DNA from: Paraspadella gotoi
Lineage: Eukaryota > Animalia > Chaetognatha
Direction of reading: 5' to 3'
Assembly: GCA_051294375.1 (NCBI GenBank)
Contig: CM119268.1
Location: 19,258,796 to 19,322,795 of the forward strand
Length of the DNA: 64,000 nt
Made by a program: the position numbers and the translations under genes. Below, one piece after another: positions 12,341 through 26,100 of this stretch (its first letter is position 1; every line of letters begins with the position of its first letter). The notes below the pieces were generated by a model. That model was not told the origin of the DNA. It searched no databases and saw only the letters and a list, made by a program, of their open reading frames with translations.

Positions 12341-14359
12341 GCTAATTTAATTAATAAACCTTTCTAAAGTAGTTACAAATTGATTTGTTTTTTTGTTTAA
12401 TAATATGTACGTTAGACATCAAAAAAAGAGTTCACTTTATCTTTTTCAGATAGATATGGAATTTTTTGAATAAATGGAATTAGCTGGACACCACGCTTGT
12501 GGAAAAAAAGGTCCTCTGCCAGAAACATCTTTAAACGAGAAAAAAAAACTTGGCCTCATTTTCGATCCAACGGATTCCGATGTCGACAGTTGAATCAGCC
12601 TCTTCTTCATGAAAACCTCAATGAGACAGCAAAACCATGAGAAAGGAGGCTAAAAGTCACTTCGTAATGATGCCTCTCGCAACGAATCGCCAATGAGCGC
12701 AAGGACAACGACGACAACGGCTCACTGCTTTGCATAATGTCGAATATAACGTGAGGATTGAAAGAAAAAGGAGATCAGGAGAAAACAATGGCGCAAATAA
12801 ATGGGACGAAGACGACAAAGATGTTGAATATATGGTGTATATGATAAACTATATTGAATTCTGTTTATTCATTTTAATATTAATTGTATTTTAATGTTAT
12901 TGTATTTTAAAATTTATTATATTTATTTAAATGTTATACAGAATTTAGAGTTTTAATTAGAGAGTGATGTTGTTGTCTCATTTGGTGAGGTTTACAATGC
13001 TCTAGTTATTCTTTTGTTAATTTTCTCCTTACAATGGGATTGTTGAAAAGAGTTTTATAATTTTCTCAATAGTTATAAACGCTACTTTGCCTCCTTGTAA
13101 CAGAAAAGAAAGTAGCTTAGGGGCCAGCCGGATAAGTGGTTAAACCGAGAGTCAATTGGGAAAGATGTGACCACCACGTCCTAAGGTATCGACGACAATA
13201 ACGACGACGACGACGAAGACGACAACGATGACAACGCCATTAAACAAAATGCGTGCGTAGCAGGTAATTTTAAATCTAGCGACTTGAATCTGGAAAAGTA
13301 AATAATAAAATTAAGAGGAAAGAAAAAAATAAAAATAAAAATGTTTTAAATGAAAAGTAAAGAGATTACAAAGAAAGTTTCAATGTTACAAGTTTAAAAT
13401 GGTGGATTACAAGAAATTACAAGATACTCTCTCATTGGTCGACAAATGGAAAAGGGGCCAATGGTCATCGTTCCAAAGCTTGCCTTCTGCTTACCCGAAG
13501 ATAGCATTTATAGTTTGTCAATCAAAAAAAAATATAAAAGAGTCGCGGGTAATGGACTACGAAAGAAAGATGACGACTACGACGACGACCACGACGACGA
13601 GGGTGATCTCAAATGATGATGGAATTTGGGAGATGAGAAGCGGAAAGTTAAAAAAGAGAAGCGGAAAGTTGAAAAAGAAGCGGAATCTCGAGATAGAACT
13701 CGAAGAGACTTAAACTCAAAATAAAATTGTATGTACATCGCCTAAAGCTTCTTCGTTTTTTGTTTTTTGAATTTTTTTTTGTCGCTTTGAAGCAGAGGAA
13801 GGAAGAGCAGAGGAGGAAGAGGAGGAAGAGGAGGTGTTGTAACAAGATCAGCAGGAGGACGGGGACAAAAAATGTTAGCGCATTAGCTAAAGCAGAAAAA
13901 GGTTAAGTAAACCTGACCAGTGGCCACGCAACTAGTAATGAACGACAATGGCGAGAACGAAAGGACGGAATGTCGGAAGAACCAAAAACTAGATATAAAT
14001 CTGGAAACAACATCAAGATAATTAAAAACTGAAAGCTTTAATTCTTATCGAGAGAAAAAGAAAGTGAACAAAATGACGAACGGGCAGTGAAAAAAACGAA
14101 CTACGGACGACGACAGCGACTTCAAATAACTCGGTAAAAAGGTAAAACGCCAAGAACAAAATATGTTGAGAAGAGTTAATGAGATGATCCCCGCCTCGAC
14201 CATCAAAGGCCATCGATCCTTCATTTCAGTTTTTAGTCGCATCTGCTTATTAGCAGATCCCGACTCTATAATCTACTGTGTCGGTCCGTCGGTCCGCCCC
14301 CTCAATCTTGTCGGGCATTCACTTATATAATGTCAGAACATCGAATTATGATAAATTAT

Positions 14360-14475
14360 TAAGTTTTTAATTTTGTACAACGATTTTATTTAATAAGATG
14401 CAGACATGATTCGGCTCACCACTGACCACTATTCTTTCTCAATTCTTTGTTGGAAACTTTAACCTTGCTCTTATT

Positions 14476-14506
<31 letters not shown>

Positions 14507-14690
14507 TTCTCTCTCTCTCTTTCTCTTTTAAAACTCAAAAAAATTGTTCAAATTCACAAATGCCAAGCGCTGAAGAAGGCTCGAATTTTGTGAGCCGAAA
14601 CATGTCTGCATCTTATTAAATAAAATCGTTGTACAAAATTAAAAACTTTGCTAATCTCTCCAAAACAACGAAAGAAAGGATTACACCATG
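14360..14690 (+). mobile_element. Short Penelope-like (pLTR-derived) insertion with inverted arm and 10-bp TSD
   Basis: 14361-14419 is the reverse complement of 14590-14648. TSD gataaattat at 14350-14359 and 14691-14700. The homologous HINE position at ~42385 is empty. Contains a hammerhead motif. Confidence 0.75.
14558..14612 (+). ncRNA. Minimal type I hammerhead ribozyme motif (PLE type)
   Basis: CTGAAGA (14570-14576), a, stem II ggctc/gagcc, GAAA (14597-14600), palindromic mini stem III catgt, cleavage triplet GTC (14604-14606). Stem I is imperfect (atgc/gcat with a bulge). Confidence 0.7.
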
Positions 14691-15754
14691 GATAAATTAT
14701 GCAAAATAATGATGTCCGAATGTCCGTCTGTTCCTCTGTCCGTCCGTCCCACCCTAGCAAAAAACTCCACTTACTCGTGATTGGATGGTTGGATTAGAAT
14801 GAAATTTTGTGTGTGTGTTAGAGATATTTAATGATTTATCTGAGTTTAACTCTGTCCGTTCGAATCGAGGAAACGAATCTATATTTAGAGTCAGAATCGT
14901 GACCTTGATAATTCCTGCCTTCCAATTGGTTTAAAGTTTCCCTATTTTTCCCAACCTCAATTCTAGTGTCTTATTGGTCAAAAGTAGTATTTAAGAGATT
15001 GAAACTTTCTAAAACTAAGGTTTTTCTTGATTATATGATGCCCCCAAGAGGTAATATTTTTGTTGAATATTTGAAATTATTTGTGAAATTTATAATTAAA
15101 TTCTCTTTAGATTTAAGCGTTTGTCCACGCTTGTCCACGTTTGTCCTTATGTTTGGTATATACGTTTATTAATGTCAAATTGGAATCGCGTCTTTATTAT
15201 TAAATTATAATTGGACTGCTAAAACCCTGTATAGCATTTGTTTTATGAGAGAAAAACCCGAAACAGTGTGTGTAGGAAAGTATGTGACAGAGCTGGATAT
15301 AAATTTTCGTTGGAATCGTGGGAGTGGAAATAGTTTAAAAGAAAAAACAAAAGTCTATATTTACTTGACAGTATTTTTTAACTTAATTTACTCAATAATT
15401 ATTAGTACTTATTAAAAGATTAAATAGCATAAATTGAATTTAAATTTTGTGTGTGGGTAGGAAAGTATACAATTAAGCTAGAAATAAATTTTTCATGGAA
15501 TCGTAAGAGTGGAAAAGTTAAAATTAGAAAACCAAAAGACACTTAAATTTCTCTCTCTCTTCGTTCTCTGACTGATTGATTGCAAGTTAACCAAATTATG
15601 CCAGTTGACCAAATAATACAAGTTGATTAAATTTTGCAAGTTGACCAAATTATAAAAGCTTTCAAGATTATGGCAAGCCTTGGGGGTAAATTTGGCGAGG
15701 CTACTGGAATGATCATAAGATATGAAGAGGGACATATAATATATGATAAGTGGT

Positions 15755-15951
15755 TTCAATGACAGAACGTTTCACAATATAACACAGTCCTGAGCTTCGG
15801 ATCCAGCGCTGAAACGGACAGTGGACCAGCGGAACAATGTTTCACAAGGCGGGTTAAGCTCCCGACCCTCTTAACTGCAGGCGACCACCGGCTAGAACCC
15901 GGGACCTTTGGGTTGGGAGGCGAATGACTTGCCTCCGGCACCAATGGCCGC
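15755..15951 (-). mobile_element. tRNA-derived SINE nested in HINE copy A
   Basis: Minus strand 15951-15881 is tRNA-like: acceptor GCGGCCA/TGGTCGC, A-box-like TGGTGCCGGAGG, B-box-like GGTTCTAGCC. A non-tRNA body follows. The 3' boundary is approximate. Confidence 0.65.
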
Positions 15952-18049
15952 TGATGAACGGTTGGCGGATTTTCGTCCCCATAGATCATTTGAATTATAG
16001 ATTTTTAATAGATTTAATTAAAAGTCTGTTAGATTTTTAATGTTACAATGTTTTATGTCACAATTGAAAAAGTCAGAAAAACATTACGTGATTATTCATC
16101 GATTACTTATTACCGATCAATTATCGTAAGCAGATCTGTCAATTGTTTGGTCAAACTTGTTTTCCGGAATAGTGAGATTTCACTTTCATCTCGTGAGTCG
16201 TGATCCATCGAACTTATTGGCTTCGATCTGCATTCTTTGCTCATATCGTATCAAGCATCATCATCACACATCATACACATCATTGTCCACAATTTCATCG
16301 CCTGCCGCCGGATGCGTATCGATAGAAGATTTCTTCGTCCGGGAGAATTCAGTCGCCTTCAGCGTCGCTAAAAACTTGCATTATCATGCTCCCTGGGGTC
16401 GACAGCGGCTGCGGGCAGCCTTTCTTCTATATGGCGACGGAGGAGACAAGCGCAGCGGCAGAGGCGGCGGCGGCGGAGGCGCTGCGGGCGGGGGAGGCCG
16501 CGATGACGTCAGGGTCAAATGAACAAATGACGTAAATAGAAAGTTATTGCGGAATTTCTCCGTCTATATGTTGGAGGGAAAAAGAATAGAAAGAGAGAAA
16601 CGTTGGATCGCTATGTATCGAAATCAGGATCACACTGTAACGGTCGTAATAACACTGTATCAGGATGTTTAGTCAACATTGTTGACTCATCAACTCGTTC
16701 GTCTTCCCTGTTCCGATAAATCAACCTATTTCATTTTTGCAGACCAGTTTATAAACCTAGTTCAGTAAAATTTACAAATGAGATTCTCTCGAGAAAGAAA
16801 ATGTTTAGCAGGAAAAAAGTACATCTTAAAAAGCCTTTCTTTCCTTTGATTTATTCTCTGTCTTCCTTTTTTCTCTTTCCTTTACTTCTCTCTCTTCCCT
16901 TTCTTTTCTCTTTCTTTTCTTTTCTCTTCCTTTACTTCTCTCTCTCCTCAGCTCTATATTCTCTCTACCCTCCCTCTTCTGATTTCCCCTGTTTGACTCT
17001 AACTCCCTTTCAATCCTCAACGCGCTCCATATTGGTAATCATTTGGTTGTACCAAAGGTCAAGCCGGATCGACTTTTCTGTGAAAGGGTCTGAAATGTGA
17101 ACAGAGACGCGAATATGTCTGTTTTTTGTCATTTTAAAAATTTCGTTGTGAAAAACCTTTCTCATCTTAAATTCATCTCATAAAAATTTACGTAATTAAT
17201 TGATACTCTCCGGAAAGAAGAATTCCTCATTTTCCTAGAGAACGATGACTGCACAACTTTTCGTTATGATTAAGTCAACTCTTAGTTTGATGTTTTTATC
17301 GAGGAACTTTACCGTAACGCCGTGAGCGACTTAGTGTTTTTCCTGATCTTGCATAATTTTTATTTATAAATGATTCGAAAGTCGAATGTAAATTTAGTAG
17401 ATATTTATTGTAAGTGAACATAACATGGAAAGCGTAGTGCAGACGTGAAGCAAGTAGAAGGGAGACTATTTCTAAAGGATAACAAAAAAACAAGAACTTC
17501 TTTAAAATAGTCAACATTTAAGCTTCAAACTGCATAAAATTACGAAAATATCATATTTAAATGCTTACCACTGTCACGACATCAATTGGTAACGTTCTAT
17601 CCTCTTAGTTTTAAGGTAAAGCACATTCTGTTAGTATCTTTGGTTATAGTGGCACAATCCATAAGGACTAACCACATCAGAGAGCGAACTTTAAAAATAC
17701 TTGATCAATCAGATACTTCGTAAGCATCTAAAATTACGACAATTCAAATAAATAAAAAGGGCATCCAAACAACCGAGAGACTATCTCCGAACAAATAAAA
17801 ATTTAACAATCCGCCCATCTATCGACAAGATATAAAATTAAATTTTTATAAAGATAGGAGGGCAACTTAAAGTATACATATACGTCTTTAAAACATGATA
17901 ACTAAAATATCATAAACAATTTTAAATGCAACAGTAAGATAGCATGCAAGTAAGGTAACTACTTTTAAATCAAGAAGACAAATCTGTACAAAATTAGGAG
18001 AAAACCGAAAATTTTTAAGAAATGTTCAGTTGCTATTCATCCACTTCAA

Positions 18050-20322
18050 TTGAAAGGATGGATAGGCGCTCCCATGGATCAATAGACAGAAGGTCAGGAT
18101 ACCCCTCATCGGGTCAGGAAAAGCAGCAGCTGCGAGAGGTAGTAACACCAGGCAGGAAGCGATCCGCGGAGAAAAAGTTTCCCCATTCGGCCGTACGGAC
18201 CAACGACCCGACGTATCAAGCTGGCCTTGGCATTCCATACTTGTCGGAAAAGTCCGTCCGTCCTCCTGACGGCCATAGACCATTGTGCCCCAGAGAAACC
18301 AGTTCATGGTGATGAGTACCAAAATCGCCCTTTTTGCAGATTCTGCGGGTCTTTCTCCAGGTCATTACGAGATTGCAGCAGAGCGAAACTATATTTCCCG
18401 CGCCTGCATCCGGCGCCAAAAATTCGTCGCCAATTGGGCGGCTCTGGCTTCCAGGCATCACGAAAACGTGCATGCTGCCCGTCGTGAAGGGATGAAATCT
18501 AGAGGAATCGCCCGCCAACGCTGTGAACACCCAGGATTGAGAATCAATGACAGGCGGTTAAGGCCTCAAAGATCGTTAGCTCATTTTGGAACTCCTGTCA
18601 GTGGGGCGCCGGTTAACTATGCCGTTGCCGCAACTGGTTACAGGCGGTGAGGAAGGTATCAGATTTTAATTTCTCTTTTGTCAAGAATAAAATGAAGAAG
18701 CTCTTGTTTTGACGGTTCTCGACCCAACCTTATTCCCAAACACTCCCCAATGAGGAGAGTGAGGAGGATTGCAAGTGCCATTCAATGTGTGGATCGGTTC
18801 ATGGACAGCATGGACTTTTGTGGATCAGAGTTCCATTCATTGATTTGCCCTAAGAAAGTTTCTTTGTTTGGCCGCGCAAACAAAAGTTGGATGCCATTGA
18901 TCAGAGTAACATCGATATGTCACTGCAGGTCGGCGGCACGGAATCGATCGAGAGCATTTATGAAATGCTGCAGTAGAGAGCTCCATTATTACCGCATCTA
19001 AATGCACAGCTCATTACCTCGTAAACATGTAAATATTAAAACCGCCAATGTTTTTACTGTTACTTCTTCCAGACTTAATGGAAAATCGACCAAAATGTAT
19101 CAACTCCTGTGGCTGTCTTCAAATGGTAGCCTATTTGAAGTGCGAACGCGATAGGTAAAAGGAGCCATTTTTTTGTTCTAATGGAGGACGACCATGATGC
19201 TTCTTACATGGAATGCCAACTTACAATAAAACTTTACTTTTACAGTTGCCGCGTCCTTTTAAAATGATCCAAAAACGGTTGTCTTAAACTCAGCAAGAAG
19301 TCTGCTCAGTACGCACCATGGGCAAGAGAAAATCATGAAGTGCTATCGAATCAACAGAATGGACCAACTTTGTCATTTGAAGGAAGAATGGCATGGAATG
19401 CTTTGGATTCGGCGTGTCCAAATCTGGCTCTGTGCAGACGACCCGACACTACTCGATAAATGCCATTTTCATGCCAAAAAAAAGGATCAAATGCTTGTAA
19501 TGGGAGAAGCCAACCGCACATAATTCTCTTTTTGTATTTTTGTTCAAAGACATTTCATCCCAGTGAGTGCTTATTGCATTGCGTCTCTGATGGAACTTCA
19601 CAACACTTAGAATTTCTTAGAAAGAAAACTCATACTGCGCGGTGGAAAATGCCCTTATTTTTGCTGAAGAAGTTTTAAACGATTGAGCTCTGCCATTTTG
19701 GTATTTATCCAGAAAGTGAAAAAATAATTTATCCTTTTAAGTTGGGATAAATGGGCAGCGCATGAATATATGGCAAGCCTTTCTTAATGATTTTATCGCC
19801 CCAAGTAGAACATGTTGGCTGTGCAGATCAACAAAGCAAATACTAAGTTCTTTGATACTTTTAGAGACCTGAAGTTGGAGCTGCAGAAACAGTCAGGTGA
19901 ATCGGGCGTAGGAACTGAGCTGCAGAGGCAATCCATCAGTAGTGCCATTCATTCTTAATTACAATAACAATAGTTACTGGACCATTCGTGGTTCAAATAA
20001 TTCCAGGCATCCTGATTCATCAGCAACAATGCCCTCGTGAACAGAGGGTCAGCTTTGGGTTTTGTTTTTGTTGAGGACGTATCGCCATTGTATTACTTTA
20101 AAAATGTCTTAGCCTGAATTTTACTTGAAGCGATTGGCAAACAAATTGCTTTTGTAATTGGGCAATTTTTCATTTCTTTATTTGTCTTGCAAGAACGAAC
20201 AGGTAGAAAAGTCCGAACCCAGAAGTATGTTTGGATCATGAGGAAATCAACCTTTGAACTGACCAAAATTAAAATCCAGCAGTCTCCGCCCGAAAGAACA
20301 AGCGGCGCGAACTACAGCTATT
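18050..20322 (-). mobile_element. Degraded BEL/Pao LTR-retrotransposon pol (RNase H region, integrase, C-terminal DUF5641-like region)
   Basis: Across frameshifts the minus strand gives ordered BEL motifs: FVANR, QWRYV..QNP-AD..RG (~20090-20040), DPF..ENGIYRV (~19490), EQKMAP, TGVD (~19105), ELSTAAFINALDRF, SDNG-like, NPPHSPHWG (~18750), RPLT, NFWRR (~18415), LLQSR..NLQKGD, QWSM. Confidence 0.88.
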
Positions 20323-21660
20323 TNNNNNNNNNNNNNNNNNNNNNNNNNGCGAATTGCCAAGTATTTTTGTAAGTCTTTATGGCCACTTCGTACAAAATCT
20401 TTTACCTTCTTCCCTACACCTCTATAGTCACAATTAAATACTACATACAATACGCTAACAGCCTTCCAATAACCTCCGACCCTTAGTTCTCAGAGAAATT
20501 CCTGCCGGGCCAAGTTTCCCCAAGGGCCACCGTGAGAGGCGTCCGGTGGGGCTTTCCATCTCGCCGTCAGCGAGCGCGATATCTTGTCTCCGTCCCGAAA
20601 TATTCCGCGCAAGAGGGAACCGACGCCGAGTGGAGACCTCAAGTCCGAACCGTTGATTGTCCCCTTTACCGGCAGCCTAATTGTCTCGAACCCGCTACGA
20701 CCACCTCTTGCAAAAGAATACGTGTAAGTCAAAGAGACTGATTAATTAATTAATCAAGTTATTGAAAGATCCTTTCAATATATGTATAATTAAAACATGA
20801 AAACTCGTGGCAAAAATTCTTTATCTTAATCAGGTGCCGTGGTTCCGAGAATTCCGGACCGACTGTTCAAAATCGAACACTTATTCTGTATGACAGAACA
20901 CACGAGATCATTCAGCATGTTACACATGCAAGCCAAGTCCTTTTCGGAGCTTAAACGTGATGAATTTACAGAATACATTTCCTAAAAGTTTCAATTTAAA
21001 ACTAAAAAAAAAACAATATAGCGTAAATACTTTTTTCGTAACTTGAAATAACTGGAAATGTCTTTCAGCGCAATAAAATCCCGTCTTCTGAAGTGGATCT
21101 TAAAGATTTCACGCATGAAATGATTTAATTATTTCAAAAATTTGTTCTTTGCTTATAAAAAATACTTAAAAAGGTAGAGACACGGCAATCTTTTCCAAGC
21201 AGTTGTGCTCAGCGAAGCATTCGAGAATGAAAAATCCGAACGAAAGTTTTATGAATCCAAGAAAAAGAACGCCAACGAAAAAAGGCAATCAACAAAAATG
21301 CAGAATTTCCTCCAAGACGAAAAAGCTCCGATAGAGAGAGAGCGATCGCAGAGAGAGAAGAGAGAGAGCAAAGAGACGACGAGAGACCGAGAGACGAGAG
21401 AGAGAGAGACGAGAGAGAGAGATGAGAGCAGGAGAGAGAGCAGAGAGCAGACGCACGCAGTGACGTGAGAGAAGAGAAGCAGTCGGATTTTGTTTACTGT
21501 TTACCTTTTCGCTGGCGTAGATTCCAGGATGTGCCGCCGACAATGTGGGCTCTGCAGCCCTTCCACACCGACGACGACGGACTACGACGACGACGACATG
21601 GACTTATTATTGACGGTTTCGTTCCGATTGGAAGGAATCTCTCTCTCTCTCCTCTCTCTC

Positions 21661-21723
<63 letters not shown>

Positions 21724-22723
21724 TCTCTCTCTCTCTAATCGTCTTTTTTTGTTTTGATTATTTTTCATGTAAAGCAAAAAATCGAAAAAAAAAAAAAGAC
21801 CAAATTTAATTTAGAAACTCCAGCCAGTCAATCAGTTAGTACATGTCAGCACATCATGGAATTATTGCCTCTATTTTAGGTTTCTCATAACATTTTTCTT
21901 CTTTTCATTTTATAAACTTTGAAGTGCATGTAATATTACTATCCGTTGGATAAGACTGCTTCCTCTCCATCAGCGCAATGCCGTTTAAACGCTTCATCCC
22001 CGATCCCAATGTCACGGGTCTTCCCGCGGAAGCAAGCAACTGACGAAAAAGCTTCCAAGAACTGCCATGGGCCACACTATGTTGGGCGCTATTTCACAGA
22101 GAGGCCCTTGGCGACTCTCGGTCCATTCAACTTTAAATTTAAAACGACAATAATATCTTTTTTATTTACTTATTTCTAAAATTCGTCTGACAAGAAACCG
22201 TTAAAAATGATATTATACAATTTGCCGTAAAGTTTAAACTGTACTTCGTAAGTACAATCAGACCGTAGTTATAGTACAAATTTAAAGTGGGAATTAACCT
22301 CCTCTAACAGAACGAAGCAAACAAACATTCAATTTCCCACGAGCTGGCAATCATCTGCCTTCTCTCTTTTAATATTCCCTCCTTAAATATTAACACACGG
22401 CGCAATTGTATATAAATATATCATGGAGTTTTAACAACGAATCTAGAAGCAAGAAAATGCGCTCCAAGACGGCCATTGTGCTTTCGTCGAATAAATTCTT
22501 GACCACCAATATACAACATTCTATCTATAAACTGTTTTTTCAAGTTTGTTAGCCGTCGTGTAGTTGTTGCACTTTATCCGTTTAACGGTGTAGGAATATA
22601 ATATATTCTTTACTTATGGTTTGTGAACTGTGTTGTTCGCTTTTCCAGTCAATATCGGATTCGTCTTTAATATATTCGACAGAATGAAGGCAAAATCTCG
22701 AAATCTATATATCGAGGATTCGT

Positions 22724-23161
22724 GAGAGACGTTTTTGAGTCTCTCTAAGCTTGCGGACGAGTTCGTTCGAAGGTTTCACCCACTGTCGAGAAAGGCGGTT
22801 TGACGAGTAGGTCTTCAACATTTCTTAGGTATATCGATTAAGCACGCAGTTCAATAACGCGGAAAAACTTGTTTTTCTCCGTGGCACACAAGACGTAGCA
22901 GCACGTAGCAGACGTAGCCCAGACGGTCAGACGTTGACCAAAGATGTAGCAATAAAACATAGACTTAAAAACGACGTTTTAATCACGCAGCGCACCGATT
23001 CCTTCAGGTTTCACGTAAGACTGCAAGGGCGCCGGTCACAAAATTAATAACAGTCACGTTTTATTGTCGAAAATCGCCAAAATCACAAAAGACGAGGAGA
23101 AATGACCACATACGACAATGACCAAAAAGTTCACGAGTCACGAGGCGAATTTCTCTTCACC
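22724..23161 (-). mobile_element. Diverged third copy of the leader region upstream of the gag-like ORF
   Basis: Colinear with 1885-2256: agagacgttttgagtctc, gtcgagaaagg, ggtttcacgta, gccggtcacaaaa, cgccaaaatcac, gcgaattt-tcttcac. Confidence 0.7.
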
Positions 23162-26100
23162 TGATCACCGAAAAATGCTGATAAGGCGGCAAGGTTTTTT
23201 TTTTTTTAATACTAAAAGGCCTAGGTTTCTATTTAAAAAAAGCATTTACGCCGAAATAATAATGAGAAAAACTCGCGAGTTTGAATATAAAATCTGAATT
23301 TCATTCACTTCGCCAACTTCCCTTCCCATTTTATTCTTCTTTTTACGACGTCGTTAAAGAAACAAAAGACGCGCGAAAATACTTTTTGCCGCCGAGAATC
23401 TCTCTCCCCTGCGCAGAGGGACGCCGTGGATGCCGTTTCGCCTCAGAGTTTATGTATTGCAAAAATTACTAAGTTAGTTAATATTGTTAGGGTGGAATTG
23501 CGTATTCATTAATTTTGGATATATGGGTTTTTTTGTTGTTTTGAATTTTATGCTCTAAGTTTGCATATGATGCCTCTCTAATGCCAAAGACAGTTAGCAT
23601 TGTGATTAGCATTACTTAGGGCATCTACTGTATCATTTTTCTTTAACTATCATTTATTATCTTACATTATCATTTACTTATCATTTTATCATTATGCTAT
23701 CCGCATTTACTATTTTTTGGGTTCCGATTCCCTCTGTGATGATAGTTTAACGTTCGCTTCTAATCTTCATAAACCTAAATTCCTCTACCGATTCCCTCTA
23801 GCATTTAAACTAATATCATTGACCGACGCAGCAAAAATGAGTTAAGGACTCGATCTTGTTTATTTTTAAAAATTCTTATCCCGCTCCAACTCGTCGACTC
23901 TCTACTTCCATTAGTTCATCTTTTAATAGAAAATTATTGCCGTTAATTTTAAAAAATTAAATTGCGTTCGATGCGTCGTCCATGCGGTTCGTTTTTTAGA
24001 AAAACCAAGAACGGTGATTCCATTGTGTTGCGCCGCAAGTGACTTTATTTTCCACGCGAGTTATTTCCCTTTGATCACATGATTATGACCATGACATTGA
24101 GCCTAAAAAGCTTTCTTCAGCCCTTGTATTTATGACATCACTCCGCCATCGAGTCTTTTATTTCCACATTAGTTTTAGGATTTTCTGAAGGCTGGCGCCC
24201 GAATCCAGTCCCCTTTAAAGATTTGAGGTTTCTTTCTTGTCTTAACAAATGAGCCACCAACTATAATGCGAATTATATGCAATTTAATGTAAGTAGGACA
24301 GGACCAATAGACAGACATACCTACCGACCGACCGAAAAGTGACTCTATAGCGAGTTGCCTCCGCGCAGTCACTTCCGCGGCGCAACTAAAATGCCAGATG
24401 CGTCCTCCGCTTTTTTATTTCTTTTTAAATAAGTTAATTGAACTCTTAGACTCTTGGACTCTTGGAAGGACGCCAAAATTTTAGTTTCCATCTATTTTTT
24501 TTCTAAATCCGGAAATAAAATTGATGCGCTAAAATTGTGATAAATTGTGTTTAGAGTTGTGGGTAAACTTCCCGCGTGCGCGTCGTTGACGTCATTAGTG
24601 AGTCCCTGCGTTACCGACGCAACATCGTCGTCGTCGTAGTTGACGTAGTTCCGCGTTTCCTTGCTGCATTTTTCTTGCGTATCGTTATTATCGTCATTGC
24701 TGCCTCACTCTGCTAGCCAAAAAGCCGTCGTTTTTTTTTGCCGCCGTGCCTGCGTAATCGTTGCGTCGTCGTTGCGTCGTCGTGTTTCCTTATCTTCGCG
24801 ACGAAGAAAGTTGATTTATTGAGATTCGTGACGCGCGCGCTCCGGTCTCGCGATGGAGAAGCGCGTGCGGTTCCGCGCGCGCGAGCAGATGAACGGCGCG
24901 ACAGCCGGGGGCACGAGAGACGACGATGACGAGAGAGAGGAGAGAGATGACGAGAGAGAGAGAGAGAGGCACCATATCGAGACAGACGAGAGAGAGAGAG
25001 AAGAGAGAGAGAAAGACGAGAATGAGCGCACGAGAATGAGAGAAAGATAGAGACGAGAATGACCGAGACAAGAGAGAGCGAGAGAGAGAGAAAGACCGAG
25101 AGACAGAGCAGAGAAAGACAAGAAGAGAAGCATGAGAGAAAGAAAGAGAGACATTGCAGCAGAGAATCGAAAGAGAGAGGAGAATGCAGAGAAAGAGAGG
25201 GGCGAGAATGAGAGAATGCAGAGAAAGAGAGAGAATGAGAAAAGAGCGAGAGACAGAATGAAAGAAAGAGAGAGAGAGAATGAAAGAAAGAGAGAGACAG
25301 AGCGAGAATGAGAGAGAGAGAGAAGACGAGACGATGAGAAGAGAGAGAGAGAGAGAGAGAGAGAAAAAGGCAGGGCTAAACAAGAACAACCGTCGCGTGC
25401 TTTAATCAGTTTTTCATGCCGTCGCCCTCTGATAAGTTGAAACAATTGTTTGCAGTGATAAGTAAATATGAGATGTTGAAAAAGTTTTCACAATTACCAC
25501 TGCAAACTAGTTCACAATACAGTACTTGCGCCGTTCCCTCAAGACCAGGATTACGCGGAATATGATTTTATGCTATAATGTTAATTACATAATTTTCATA
25601 ATTGATAAGGCAATCAAGCGAAGATTCGAGCTCCAATTAATTTAAAATGAAATTATACAATATACATACATTAATTACCTATACATAAACTATAGCCCAA
25701 GAAAAGATTTTTTTTAATTGGCCGTTAATAAATCTTTTTGTTACTTCTACAAAATTCAACATGAATCTTCTTCGAAGCAAAGCTGAAGCCGAAAAAAAAT
25801 ATTTACTTGTTAAAAATAAATTAATAATATTAAATATTTCCAAACTTTTTTTTTCTGCTCTTTTTAAGGAAACTCGATTAGTGCGCAATAATAATTGAGA
25901 AACTTTTCTCCAAATTTTCCCTTTTTTTTCGCATCCTTATCGCAGATGACGTTCGACAAAAGCGTCAGTTTTGCACCAGAAAAAAAGGCAAAGAGGTCTC
26001 GCCACGTTCATTCATAATCCAGACGATGCGCCGTCTTTGCGGTTGTCGCGAGCAGAATTGTCGAGCGACAAGAGAGAGAGGAGGAGAGAGGACGAGAGAG

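Larger units (their letters stand above)
14231..16161 (+). mobile_element. HINE / DINE-1-like non-autonomous Helentron (copy A), with nested PLE and SINE insertions
   Basis: 5' subterminal repeat plus inverted partner (gtcgcatctgct...agcagatcccgac). GTCC-type microsatellite at ~14713-14750, internal tandem repeats, 3' subterminal repeat gcagatctgtc, terminal stem-loop gtttg-gt-caaac, T-rich flanks. Colinear with 42272-43374. Confidence 0.8.

Noticed and set aside
12104-12367. Asp-rich ORF MVLAPANDDDD
   Set aside because: A GAC/GAT microsatellite like many others here, with no signal peptide or splice support.
15881-15951. Functional tRNA-Gly gene
   Set aside because: The anticodon and T stems pair poorly and the sequence continues into a non-tRNA body, so it is treated as a SINE head.
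16420-16535. GC-rich island with a TGACGTCA (CRE-like) site at 16504-16511
   Set aside because: A single 8-mer with no transcript or conservation evidence cannot be called a promoter.
20840-21200. 5' LTR and PBS of the BEL element
   Set aside because: Only a weak gaaca-gtcggtcc resemblance on the minus strand, and no matching second LTR near 17.3-18.0 kb.
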